Shown here: positions 5,819-15,763 of the stretch, in pieces | Layout: every line of letters starts with the position of its first letter | Numbering within the stretch: position 1 is the first letter of the stretch | Virus record (IMG/VR): IMGVR_UViG_3300000439_000006 | Strand: one strand, 5' to 3' | Source: a virus | Taxonomy: Duplodnaviria > Heunggongvirae > Uroviricota > Caudoviricetes | DNA: 64,000 nucleotides | The notes under the pieces: generated by a model | What the model was told of the DNA's origin: nothing | The model's database searches: none | What the model saw: only the letters and a program-made list of their open reading frames with translations | Translations under genes and position numbers: made by a program

Positions 5819-6110
5819 AGGACAAATCCTAGAAGGTGTAACTAATAGTATATTTAAACGTGAAGATGTTGAGCAGATAGCTCATGAGCGTTTAAGAATA
5901 TGTCAACAGTGTCCTTCCAAACTATACAATACTTCTGGAGGATGTATAGTTGACAGAACAGCTCCATGTTGTGATATTGACAAAGGTGGATGTGGATGTT
6001 CTTTAGAATATAAAACCAGAAGTCTTTCTTCATCATGTCCTAAAGAACATTGGGACGCAGAACTAACCCAGGCTGAAGAAGATCAACTAAAACAAAAACT
6101 AGCAATATGA
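5775..6110 (+). CDS. Cys-rich hypothetical protein (probable Zn-binding)
   Basis: CQQC...C...PCC...GCGC...SSSCP..W. Confidence 0.75.
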   Translation: MKLSKKNIIRIWKTKGQILEGVTNSIFKREDVEQIAHERLRICQQCPSKLYNTSGGCIVDRTAPCCDIDKGGCGCSLEYKTRSLSSSCPKEHWDAELTQAEEDQLKQKLAI

Positions 6111-6385
6111 GAACATTCTATGATAATAGAACAGGTAAAATAGGTAGTACAAATAAACCTTTATATGGATGGGTATTATTTCAAAGTAAAAAAAACAAAA
6201 GATGGCTTCTTTGGATAGCAGGTATGGGTTTAGTTGTTACTCCAAGAACAATCTTTCCTTTTTATTTTTACTATCCAAAAAATATTTTTGATGGCATTTG
6301 TTATTTATATGATTGGTATTACAATCGTCAACATAAGAAGTGGTATAAACGTATACATAGACACACATTAAAATTACCTATATGA
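6107..6385 (+). CDS. Hypothetical aromatic/hydrophobic protein
   Basis: ATGA coupling at both ends. Confidence 0.6.
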   Translation: MRTFYDNRTGKIGSTNKPLYGWVLFQSKKNKRWLLWIAGMGLVVTPRTIFPFYFYYPKNIFDGICYLYDWYYNRQHKKWYKRIHRHTLKLPI

Positions 6386-7218
6386 GTATATTAAGATTTA
6401 CAGCAGATGACCACAAGTACACAACAATCGACAACCCAGAAGAAGAATGGTTATCAGTAACCAGTTTGATCAGTCAGTTTAAACAAGGATTTGACGCGGA
6501 GAAGATGTCGCAGAAGTCATCTAAGAACAAAAAGAGTAAGTGGTATGGTATGACACCAGAAGATATTAGAGCAGCTTGGAAAGCTGAAGCTAATAGAGCC
6601 ACCACTCTTGGTACATGGTATCATAATGAACGTGAGAAAGATCTTTGTTCTTTCACCACTATAGAAAGACAAGATGTAACTGTTCCTATTTATAAACCGA
6701 TCGAACTAATGGGAATCAAGTATTCTCCTGATCAAAAGATTAGTGATGGTGTATATCCAGAACATTTAGTCTATCTTAGATCTGCAGGTATATGTGGACA
6801 GAGTGACCTTGTGGAAGTTGTAAAAGGTGATGTTCACATCACTGATTATAAAACAAACAAAGAGATTAAGACAGAAGGATTTACAAGCTGGGATGGTAAA
6901 ACACAAAAGATGGAAAGTCCTCTATCTCATCTGGATGATTGTAACTATATACATTATGCTTTACAGCTTTCTATGTATATGTATATGATTCTTAAACACA
7001 ATCCAAAGCTTAAGCCGGGAGTGATGACTCTTCACCACATTATATTTGAAGAAGCTGGTAGAGATGAATATGACAACCCAATCACAGCTTTAGATAGTAA
7101 TGGTGATCCTATAGTGAAGGATGTTATTCCTTATGAGGTTCCTTATTTGAAAGCTGAAGCTATAAAGATCATTCACTGGTTGGAAGATAATAAACACAAA
7201 CTTAAACCTAAACACTAA
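6382..7218 (+). CDS. PD-(D/E)xK family nuclease (RecB/lambda-exonuclease-like)
   Basis: SVT..I, GT..H, E, GQSDL, ITDYKT, HYALQLSMY motifs. Confidence 0.85.
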   Translation: MSILRFTADDHKYTTIDNPEEEWLSVTSLISQFKQGFDAEKMSQKSSKNKKSKWYGMTPEDIRAAWKAEANRATTLGTWYHNEREKDLCSFTTIERQDVTVPIYKPIELMGIKYSPDQKISDGVYPEHLVYLRSAGICGQSDLVEVVKGDVHITDYKTNKEIKTEGFTSWDGKTQKMESPLSHLDDCNYIHYALQLSMYMYMILKHNPKLKPGVMTLHHIIFEEAGRDEYDNPITALDSNGDPIVKDVIPYEVPYLKAEAIKIIHWLEDNKHKLKPKH

Positions 7219-7565
7219 TGGGACAAGGAGACTTTGATAAAAGATATACTATTAGAGAAAACTTTAAAAGAAACATTCAGTCTGGAGTAGGAAATAAAGG
7301 TTTCTTTAAAAATCTTATTGATAGGTATTATGCTAAAAAAGAAGAGAAAGAGTTTATAGAAGCCTTCACTTGTGAAAGTGAAACCAAAACCTGTACAAAG
7401 ATTTCTCAATGGACCATGTTTAAACTCTATTTAAAAGACTTTCATAAAAGAAGAATCTTATCTATAGATGGTGATTATACATGGACTGATTGGGAAAAAA
7501 CACAAACAGGAGTTGATACATATAAAGAACGAATCAAAAAACTAGATGATGATAAGACTATTTGA
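7218..7565 (+). CDS. Hypothetical protein
   Basis: 115-aa ORF coupled by TAATG. Confidence 0.65.
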   Translation: MGQGDFDKRYTIRENFKRNIQSGVGNKGFFKNLIDRYYAKKEEKEFIEAFTCESETKTCTKISQWTMFKLYLKDFHKRRILSIDGDYTWTDWEKTQTGVDTYKERIKKLDDDKTI

Positions 7566-8064
7566 TATAGCCGGTGGAAAGGTGATACCGACTGAACATT
7601 GTTACTCTTTAAGATTTCTTAAGAAGATTATGGATAACCATCCTGAAGACTATCTTCAGATCTATGCATATCTTTATTATATGACTTGTCCTAACCCGGA
7701 CTTAAATCCTTTTTTTCATTTTAAAGAAGATGAGAAAGAAGAAGTTATCCTGGAAGAAATAGGAGCTGATTTTTCTACAGAAGATGATGATATAGTACAT
7801 GCGCTTATGAGATGTAGAAGTATGTATGAAACAGAAACCTCTAGAGCCTATTACGGGATCAAGACAGCCTTAGATAACCTTGGTAAGGTGTTAGCCACAG
7901 AGGTGCCTACATTTGGTCGTGATGGGTCTGCAGCAGCGATATTACGTATAGCTGAAAAGTTTGACGCGGTGAGACAATCTTACAAAGGAGTGTATAAAGA
8001 TCTTATGGAAGAACAACAAACCACTGTAAGAGGTGGACAGAACAGAGCTTACGATGATTTATAA
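7546..8064 (+). CDS. Head-module protein (possible terminase small subunit)
   Basis: 172-aa helical protein upstream of TerL; the function is positional inference. Confidence 0.5.
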   Translation: MMIRLFDIAGGKVIPTEHCYSLRFLKKIMDNHPEDYLQIYAYLYYMTCPNPDLNPFFHFKEDEKEEVILEEIGADFSTEDDDIVHALMRCRSMYETETSRAYYGIKTALDNLGKVLATEVPTFGRDGSAAAILRIAEKFDAVRQSYKGVYKDLMEEQQTTVRGGQNRAYDDL

Positions 8065-8065
8065 T

Positions 8066-8341
8066 ATGAAAAAAGGAAAAATACATATCGAAAACTGTCA
8101 AATAAAATCTATAGATAAAGCTTTAATAGTAGCTAACTGTTTAGATACTTTAGAAAAAGAAATAGGTATTAAAGAAACAGAAATATCTTTTAAAGACATG
8201 TTTATTTGTCCTGATATTGATCTCACTATATTAGCTGATTCTAGTGATCCAATGGAAAAAGTTTTAGGTAAAATACTTATAAAGATGGATAAAATAAAGT
8301 ATGGTAAACGTAGTGATTATAAAAAATATAAAACTAAATAA
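8066..8341 (+). CDS. Hypothetical protein
   Basis: ORF track 8033-8341; ATG at 8066 directly follows the previous stop. Confidence 0.6.
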   Translation: MKKGKIHIENCQIKSIDKALIVANCLDTLEKEIGIKETEISFKDMFICPDIDLTILADSSDPMEKVLGKILIKMDKIKYGKRSDYKKYKTK

Positions 8342-8342
8342 T

Positions 8343-8537
8343 ATGACAGAGTTATACGATTGGTTATTCCACAAAGGACTTGACGGTAATTGGGCCGCCA
8401 TCCCTAGAGATAAAGTGGAATCTTACTTTAACAACTACAGTTGTCCGGATATTATAAGATCTTCACAACTTTCTACAGTGATAGAACTTGCTGAAAAAGT
8501 AACTCTAGATAAAGAGTTTCTAAAAACTATTAGCTAA
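8343..8537 (+). CDS. Hypothetical protein (MTELYDWLFH...)
   Basis: In-frame ATG after the previous stop; TAATG coupling to TerL. Confidence 0.65.
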   Translation: MTELYDWLFHKGLDGNWAAIPRDKVESYFNNYSCPDIIRSSQLSTVIELAEKVTLDKEFLKTIS

Positions 8538-10735
8538 TGCCCTTTATAGAAATCCCCACATATGATTGTGGAGCTTGGCTCACCACTACCTTTGATACAA
8601 AAGAAGAGTTCCGAGACTTCCTTATTCCCTTATTTAAAACCCCTGGAGAGTATAACTTAAACAATGTCACCTCAGCTATATTTAACGCTGAGGGTCGTAG
8701 GTTTGAAAAACAAGGGTTTTATTGTTCAGCTCCATTAAAAACAAAAGACTTTATAAAATACTGGGACGACCAAAAAGCTAAGTGTCGTAATGGGTTGATT
8801 GTAAAGGATGAGTTTAATACGTGGTATATTCCAAGAGAATATTACATGTGGCTTAACTTCCTACCTATATATGACAAAGAAGAAAAACGATTTGCTTTTG
8901 CAAAGATCAGGGATGCTCAGTACCATCTGGCGCTTTATGAACTCTTGGCTGAGCTTCATGATAAACACGCCATCATTCTAAAGAAACGTCAGATAGCCAG
9001 TTCTTATTATCACATGGCTAAGTTTATTAATCAGTGGTACTTTGAACAAGGAGCTGTGTTAAAACTTGGCGCCAGTCTTAAAGACTACATCAATGAGAAA
9101 GGATCTTGGAAGTTTCTAAACGAATATAAGAACTTCTTAAACGAACACACAGCTTGGTATCGTCCAGCTGAGCCTGATAAAGTGGGTGCTTGGCAACAAC
9201 AAATCAAGGTGAGAATAAATGGTAGAGATACTTACAAAGGACTTAAGAGTACAATCAACTCTTATTCATTTGAAAAAGATCCTACAAATGGTGTCGGTGG
9301 ACCGGTAACATATTTCTTTCACGAGGAAGCTGGTATCGCTCCTAAGATGAATGATACATATGGATTCATGAGACCAGCTCTTAAATCAGGTCATCTTATC
9401 ACTGGTCAGTTTATAGCTGCAGGATCTGTCGGTGACCTTGATCAGTGTGGTCCATTGAAAGAATACATCCTTAATCCAGACGCTAATGGCTTCTATGGAA
9501 TAGAAACAGATCTTATAGATAAAGATCACACAATAGGAATCACAGGGTTATTTATTCCCGAACAATGGAGTATGCCTCCATATATAGATCCACACGGTAA
9601 CTCTCTTGTTAAAGAAGCTTTAGATGCTTTACAGGAGGAGTTTGATAAAGCTAAAAAGAATCTTGAGCCAGCTGCCTATCAGTTAATGGTATCTCAGCAT
9701 CCTCGTTCTATAGAAGAAGCTTTTGCTACAAGAAAGCTTTCTATATTTCCTCCACACTTAATAGCCAAACAGTTACAACGTATTGCTGAGAAAGAATATT
9801 CTGTTGAGTATCTAGATCTTTCCAGAAATGCTGATGGTAAAATAATAGATAAACCATCTAGAAAGATTCCCATCACTGAGTGGCCGATCACTAAAAACAC
9901 TGTAGACAAAGAAGGAGTTATATGTGTATATGAACGTCCTGTTAAAGATGCTGTATTTGGCATGTATTATGCTTCAGTCGATCCTGTTGCTGAGGGTAAA
10001 ACAACAACATCAGATTCTTTATGTTCTATATACATATACAAGAGTCCTACACAAGTGATTAAAGATGATGGGTCGGGAAAGATTGAAAGCTCTATGGAAC
10101 GTGACGGAATCGTAGCTTCCTGGTGTGGACGGTTTGATGATCTTACAAAAACACATGAACGTCTAGAGATGCTTATAGAATGGTATAACGCCTGGACTGT
10201 GGTGGAAAACAACGTAGCTTTGTTCATCCAGTATATGATTTCTAAAAAGAAACAAAAATATTTAGTACCTAAGAACATGATTTTGTTCCTAAAAGATATA
10301 GGAGCCAATGCTAACGTGTTTCAAGAATATGGCTGGAAGAACGTGGGTACACTGTTTAAAGGAACCATCTTATCTTATGCCATAGAATACCTTAAAGAAG
10401 AACTTGATCAGGAAACTCTGGCCGATGGGACCATTGTCAAAACAATCTATGGAGTGGAACGTATCCCTGATCCTATGCTTCTAAAGGAAATGCAGGGATA
10501 CCAGGATGGGGTGAACGTGGATAGACTAGTGTCTTTTGCTGCGCTAATAGCTTTTGCTAAAGTCCAACAGTCTAACCGTGGTATAACAAAAAGGGTTGAA
10601 ACCACCAAAACTAATTTGGAGGTCTCTAAAAATTTCAGTAGATTTAATATGAGTCCTTTTAGACATATTGGTGGTAGCCAAACGAGTGGTGGTATGGCAG
10701 CTCCTAGAAGAAACGCTTTTAAAAATATTCGATAA
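8537..10735 (+). CDS. terL: Terminase large subunit
   Basis: LKKRQIASSY (Walker A variant), FFHEEAG (Walker B), VDP..EG nuclease motif, NVDRLVS; crAss-type. Confidence 0.92.
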   Translation: MPFIEIPTYDCGAWLTTTFDTKEEFRDFLIPLFKTPGEYNLNNVTSAIFNAEGRRFEKQGFYCSAPLKTKDFIKYWDDQKAKCRNGLIVKDEFNTWYIPREYYMWLNFLPIYDKEEKRFAFAKIRDAQYHLALYELLAELHDKHAIILKKRQIASSYYHMAKFINQWYFEQGAVLKLGASLKDYINEKGSWKFLNEYKNFLNEHTAWYRPAEPDKVGAWQQQIKVRINGRDTYKGLKSTINSYSFEKDPTNGVGGPVTYFFHEEAGIAPKMNDTYGFMRPALKSGHLITGQFIAAGSVGDLDQCGPLKEYILNPDANGFYGIETDLIDKDHTIGITGLFIPEQWSMPPYIDPHGNSLVKEALDALQEEFDKAKKNLEPAAYQLMVSQHPRSIEEAFATRKLSIFPPHLIAKQLQRIAEKEYSVEYLDLSRNADGKIIDKPSRKIPITEWPITKNTVDKEGVICVYERPVKDAVFGMYYASVDPVAEGKTTTSDSLCSIYIYKSPTQVIKDDGSGKIESSMERDGIVASWCGRFDDLTKTHERLEMLIEWYNAWTVVENNVALFIQYMISKKKQKYLVPKNMILFLKDIGANANVFQEYGWKNVGTLFKGTILSYAIEYLKEELDQETLADGTIVKTIYGVERIPDPMLLKEMQGYQDGVNVDRLVSFAALIAFAKVQQSNRGITKRVETTKTNLEVSKNFSRFNMSPFRHIGGSQTSGGMAAPRRNAFKNIR

Positions 10736-10741
10736 TAAGAT

Positions 10742-11080
10742 ATGAATAGTGAAATACATAAAAGAAAAATAGCTCTTCTTTCAAGATTATTAGAAGAAAA
10801 AGCTGTTACATTAGAAGATTGTCTTCTTCTTCTTAATGAGGAAGAACAAATTCAACCTTTAGATCCTAATCGATTGTATGGTCCAACTCAATTACGTCCT
10901 ATGACACCTTGGCCTAAGCCACATCCTGGGCCAGCTCCTTATGTAGGACAACCATGGAATCAATATGTAGGAGACATTTTGAATCAACAAAGTCCTTTAT
11001 ATATTAATACAACTGGAACAGGAACCACAACTCCTGCTCTACTAAATACAACAAATAACATCAATGGCTTATCTTTATAG
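10742..11080 (+). CDS. Hypothetical Pro-rich protein
   Basis: 112-aa ORF between terL and the endonuclease. Confidence 0.6.
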   Translation: MNSEIHKRKIALLSRLLEEKAVTLEDCLLLLNEEEQIQPLDPNRLYGPTQLRPMTPWPKPHPGPAPYVGQPWNQYVGDILNQQSPLYINTTGTGTTTPALLNTTNNINGLSL

Positions 11081-11645
11081 ACATATAAGATCTGATAAAA
11101 ATGAACCTTTTTATATTGGTATAGGAAGTGATGAAACTTATAATCGTGCTTATAGTAAGCATAATAGAAGTAAACTTTGGAATAAAGTTGTAAGTAAAAC
11201 ATCATACGATGTAGAAATTCTTCTATATGATCTTTCTTGGGAAGATGCTTGTAAGAAAGAAATAGAGTTTATAAAACTCTATGGACGAAAAGATACTAAT
11301 ACAGGTTGTTTAGTAAATTTAACCAATGGTGGAGAAGGAACACTTGGTTGTATTCCATCTAAAGAAACATTAGAAAAAAGATCTATTAGATTGAGAGGAA
11401 TAAACAACCCTCAGTTTGGTAAAACTTTTTCTAAAGAGTATCGAAATAAACTTTCAAAATCAAAACTTGGTAAGTCTAGAAATCCTATAGTAATGAAAAA
11501 GTTACATGATTCTTTAAAAAAAGAAGTTACAGATGGTATTAATATTTTCAAATCGTTAGGTCATGCTGCGGTATATTATAAAGTACATCAAACTACTATA
11601 ACACGATGGATTAAAAGAAATCATAACAATTTAAAAATGATATAA
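11064..11645 (+). CDS. GIY-YIG family homing endonuclease with NUMOD3-like and HTH C-terminus
   Basis: YLYRH...FYIGIG...R, E, NLTNGGEG, NNPQFGKTFSKEYRNKLS. Confidence 0.85.
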   Translation: MAYLYRHIRSDKNEPFYIGIGSDETYNRAYSKHNRSKLWNKVVSKTSYDVEILLYDLSWEDACKKEIEFIKLYGRKDTNTGCLVNLTNGGEGTLGCIPSKETLEKRSIRLRGINNPQFGKTFSKEYRNKLSKSKLGKSRNPIVMKKLHDSLKKEVTDGINIFKSLGHAAVYYKVHQTTITRWIKRNHNNLKMI

Positions 11646-11647
11646 TC

Positions 11648-14404
11648 ATGATGATATATAATGCTTTAGATCTTAAAGCCGGTAAGAAAGTATCCTATAA
11701 TCGCATGGGTACCCTCACGCAACCAATACAGTTTCTTCCAGAAAAGGAGAAAGATGATGAGTGGCGTGCATGGAACCTGGACTGGTTAGAATTCCAGGGG
11801 ATGAAGATGTTGCGTAGAAACGCGCGTAGGCTTATGAAAAACTATAAGCTAGCTAAAGGAATTATTGATAAAAGTGATTATATAGTTGAACAAGACAATG
11901 AGATGTCTGATCTTGTAGATGTTTTAACTAAACAAGATGAGTCAGCTTTGGAGCTTAAGTTCTATCCAATCATACCTAACGTTATAAACGTTTTATGTAA
12001 TGAGTTTTCCAAAAGAAGCTCACGCATCATGTTTAAAGCTGTGGATGATATTTCGTACAACGAAATGATGGAACAAAAACGTGACATGGTTGAACAAGTT
12101 CTTTTAGCCGAAGCTCAGCAAAAGATAACTATGCAACTTATAGACATGGGTATGGATCCTAAGTCTGATGAAGGTCAACAACAACTAGCTCCAGAAAAAC
12201 TTAAAAGTCTTCCAGAAATAGAACAATTCTTTAAGAAAGATTATAAGTCGATGGTAGAACAATGGGCTTCTCACCAGATGCAGGTGGACGAAGAACGTTT
12301 TAAGATGCAAGAATTGGAAGAAAGAGCTTTCAGAGACATGCTTATCACTGATAGAGAGTTCTGGCATTTTAACATGGGAGAAGATGACTATGATGTGGAA
12401 CTATGGAATCCTCTTCTTACATTCTATCATAAAAGCCCTGATGTACGTTATGTATCTCAAGGTAACTGGGTGGGCAAGATGGATATGATGTCAATATCTG
12501 ATGTGATTGATAAGTATGGGTGGATGATGACAGCTGAGCAACTTAAAGCTTTGGAGGTCATCTATCCTGTTAGATCAGCTGGATATGCTGTACAGGGTTA
12601 TCAAAATGATGGTACTTATTATGATCCTAGTAGAACACATGAGTGGAATACACAGATGCCTTCTTTAGCATATCGTCAGTTTATGTCAATGTACGATGCA
12701 AAGCTTGGTACCGGTGATATAGTGGAATGGATCATGTCCGACTCTGAAGATCTTCAGGATTTTGGTAAGAGTCACATGCTTCGTGTATCTACAATCTATT
12801 GGAAGAGTCAACGTATGATTGGTCACTTAACTAAGATATCAGAAGAAGGAGAACTTATACAAGATATTGTGGGTGAAGATTATAAAGTGACAGACAAACC
12901 AGAATACGATACATCAACATACAAACAAAAAACAAAAGACAATCTTGTTTATGGTGAACATATAGATTGGATCTGGATTAATGATGTTTGGGGTGGAATC
13001 AAAATAGGTCCTAACCGTCCTACATTCTGGGGTATGAATAATCCTGGAGGATTGAATCCTATATATCTTGGTCTGGCCGGTGGTAAACCAGGCCGTGTTC
13101 CTTTTCAGTTTAAAGGAGATAACACTATCTATGGATGTAAGCTTCCTGTAGAAGGAGCTGTATTTGGAGATAGAAACACCAGATCGATTGCTATGATCGA
13201 TCTTATGAAGCCATATCAGATTGGATATAACATTGTAAACAATCAGATAGCTGATATACTTGTAGATGAGCTTGGAACTGTAATCATGTTAGACCAAAAC
13301 TCTTTACCTCGTCACTCACTTGGAGAAGACTGGGGTAAAAATAACTTGGCTAAGGCTTATGTAGCTATGAAGAACTTCCAGATGCTTCCTTTAGATACAT
13401 CAATCACAAATACAGAGAATCCGTTAAACTTCCAACACTATCAAGTGTTGAATCTAGAACAAACAAACAGATTGTTATCTCGTATCAAGTTGGCTGAACA
13501 TTTTAAGAATGAAGCGTTTTCTGTAATAGGACTAAACCCTCAACGTATGGGAGAGCAAATCGCTAAAGAAGAAACCGCTACAGGTGTAGAACAAGCGGCT
13601 AATGCTTCTTATGCTCAAACAGAACAATATTTTATACAACATAGTGATAACCTAATGCCTCGTGTACATCAGATGAGAACCGACCTGGCTCAGTATTATC
13701 ATTCTAAAAAGCCTAGTGTTAGACTACAATACATATCATCTGCTGATGAAAAGGTAAACTTTCAGATGAATGGTACGTCTCTTCTCTTAAGAGACTTAAA
13801 CATTTTCTGTACAACTAAAACAAACTCTCGTGCTGTGATGGAACAACTTAAACAGTTGGCCATAAAGAACAACACAATGGGAGCTTCTATATATGATCTT
13901 GGTAATGTTATCAAGTCAGAGAGTATCGCAGAGCTTACAAGTGTTCTTAAGAAAGCTGAAGAAAAAGCTAATGCTCAAAGACAAGAACAACAGCAACATG
14001 AACAACAAATGCAACAAGAACAGATTAAAGCTCAACAACAAGATCTACAACAGAAACAACAGTTTGAAGCTGATGAAAACCAGAAAGATAGAGAAGCTCA
14101 TATTCTTGAAGCTCAAATTAGAGCTGCTGGTATGGGTGCTAACGCGGATGTTAACAAAAATCAACAGAACGACTATCTTGATGCTATGGAGTCTATAAAG
14201 AAAGAACAACAGTATCAAGACACCATGAACTTTAAGAGAGAACAAGAGGTTAACAAGAACGCACATTTATCAGAACAACGTAATATGCAACGTGAAAAAA
14301 TGTCTACAGAAGATAGAAAAGCTCAGATAGAACTACAGATAGCTAGAGAGAACAAAAATCGTTTTGATACACCAAAACCTAAACAGGAAAGTAAGAAGAA
14401 ATAA
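11648..14404 (+). CDS. Portal protein
   Basis: 918 aa in the terL-portal-scaffold-MCP synteny; crAss-like portal features (KFYPIIPN, DLMKPYQ..YN), Gln-rich coiled C-terminus. Confidence 0.88.
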   Translation: MMIYNALDLKAGKKVSYNRMGTLTQPIQFLPEKEKDDEWRAWNLDWLEFQGMKMLRRNARRLMKNYKLAKGIIDKSDYIVEQDNEMSDLVDVLTKQDESALELKFYPIIPNVINVLCNEFSKRSSRIMFKAVDDISYNEMMEQKRDMVEQVLLAEAQQKITMQLIDMGMDPKSDEGQQQLAPEKLKSLPEIEQFFKKDYKSMVEQWASHQMQVDEERFKMQELEERAFRDMLITDREFWHFNMGEDDYDVELWNPLLTFYHKSPDVRYVSQGNWVGKMDMMSISDVIDKYGWMMTAEQLKALEVIYPVRSAGYAVQGYQNDGTYYDPSRTHEWNTQMPSLAYRQFMSMYDAKLGTGDIVEWIMSDSEDLQDFGKSHMLRVSTIYWKSQRMIGHLTKISEEGELIQDIVGEDYKVTDKPEYDTSTYKQKTKDNLVYGEHIDWIWINDVWGGIKIGPNRPTFWGMNNPGGLNPIYLGLAGGKPGRVPFQFKGDNTIYGCKLPVEGAVFGDRNTRSIAMIDLMKPYQIGYNIVNNQIADILVDELGTVIMLDQNSLPRHSLGEDWGKNNLAKAYVAMKNFQMLPLDTSITNTENPLNFQHYQVLNLEQTNRLLSRIKLAEHFKNEAFSVIGLNPQRMGEQIAKEETATGVEQAANASYAQTEQYFIQHSDNLMPRVHQMRTDLAQYYHSKKPSVRLQYISSADEKVNFQMNGTSLLLRDLNIFCTTKTNSRAVMEQLKQLAIKNNTMGASIYDLGNVIKSESIAELTSVLKKAEEKANAQRQEQQQHEQQMQQEQIKAQQQDLQQKQQFEADENQKDREAHILEAQIRAAGMGANADVNKNQQNDYLDAMESIKKEQQYQDTMNFKREQEVNKNAHLSEQRNMQREKMSTEDRKAQIELQIARENKNRFDTPKPKQESKKK

Positions 14405-14520
14405 TTATAGCTCTATTATCCGTAGCTTAGATAAAAACCCTATAAGGTTTTAAATATATATAGTTTAAAATCGTATATTAATAGTGTAGAGATACAAAAC
14501 AAAAAAACCCAACAAAAGAT

Positions 14521-15735
14521 ATGGCAAAGAATCAAAGTGTTCAAGAGGTTGAACTAGACATTGACAACTGGGATTTAGCCCCTGGAGCAGAGAGTGTGAT
14601 TACACCAGCTAAAGATGCTAAACCTGGAATCTTCTCACAAGGAAAAGAAGATCTTACCTTCCTTGATGAAGATGATGAACAAAAAGTTCCACGTGGAACA
14701 AATGAAGCAAGTGTAAAAGAAACACTTGACGAACTTGATAAAGATATAAAACCTGATGCGGACGATGAACCAGCTCCAGGTAAAGGACGACCTAAGACAG
14801 AGAAGTCTGGATTGGTTGAGTTCTTAAAGAAAAGAATAGAGTCAAAAGAGATGTTTGCTTTTGATGACTATGATGAAACAAAACAAGACCTTGGTGAATA
14901 CTTGGGAAGTTTATCAGAAAAAGATGTTGACGAGCTATGGCAAGCTAACATGGATAATCTAAAACAAGAAGTGGCTTCTAAAACACCAAAAGAGTTTTTT
15001 GAAAGTCTTCCAGGTGAATTACAATATGCAGCTAAGTATGTAATGGATGGAGGACAAGATCTTAAAGGATTGTTTCAAGCTTTAGCTGCGGTGGAACAAG
15101 TTAGAGAACTTGACCCGGCTCAAGAAGAAGATAGAGAAGTGATTGTTAGATCTTATTTACAAGCTAGAGGAGAAAGTCCTGAAGACATTGAAGATGAGAT
15201 AAACACTTTAAAAGATCTTAACACTCTTGAAAAGAAAGCTAAACAATACAAGCCTAAGCTTGATGCGATGCAAGAAGAGATTGTACAATCTCGTATAGCT
15301 GAACAAGAGCTTAGACAAGAACAACAACAACAAGCTGCTCAAGCGTATACACAAAATGTATATGAGGCTTTAAGACCTGCTGAGATCAACGGTTTGAAGT
15401 TGGATAAGAAAACACAAGCAATGTTATATACAGGACTTACTCAAGCTCAATATGCTTCTGTAAGTGGTAGATCGACAAACCTTTTAGGACATCTTTTAGA
15501 AAGATATCAGTTTGTAGAACCTAACTATCCTTTAATAGCTGAAGCGTTGTGGCTTCTTTCAGATCCTGATGCATATCGTAAGAATCTTCAGACTGTAGGT
15601 AAGAATCAAGCTACTGAAAACACTGTAAGACAGTTAAAAACAGAACAAGCTAGAAAAAATGCTTACACAGCTCAAGATGATGATGAGCCAAGATCAAGAA
15701 AGATTACTAGATCACAAAACATTTTTAAACGATAA
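14521..15735 (+). CDS. Putative head scaffolding protein
   Basis: Acidic coiled-coil 404-aa protein between portal and MCP. Confidence 0.65.
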   Translation: MAKNQSVQEVELDIDNWDLAPGAESVITPAKDAKPGIFSQGKEDLTFLDEDDEQKVPRGTNEASVKETLDELDKDIKPDADDEPAPGKGRPKTEKSGLVEFLKKRIESKEMFAFDDYDETKQDLGEYLGSLSEKDVDELWQANMDNLKQEVASKTPKEFFESLPGELQYAAKYVMDGGQDLKGLFQALAAVEQVRELDPAQEEDREVIVRSYLQARGESPEDIEDEINTLKDLNTLEKKAKQYKPKLDAMQEEIVQSRIAEQELRQEQQQQAAQAYTQNVYEALRPAEINGLKLDKKTQAMLYTGLTQAQYASVSGRSTNLLGHLLERYQFVEPNYPLIAEALWLLSDPDAYRKNLQTVGKNQATENTVRQLKTEQARKNAYTAQDDDEPRSRKITRSQNIFKR

Positions 15736-15763
15736 TTTTTTAATTTTAAACCCCTAAAAAAAT

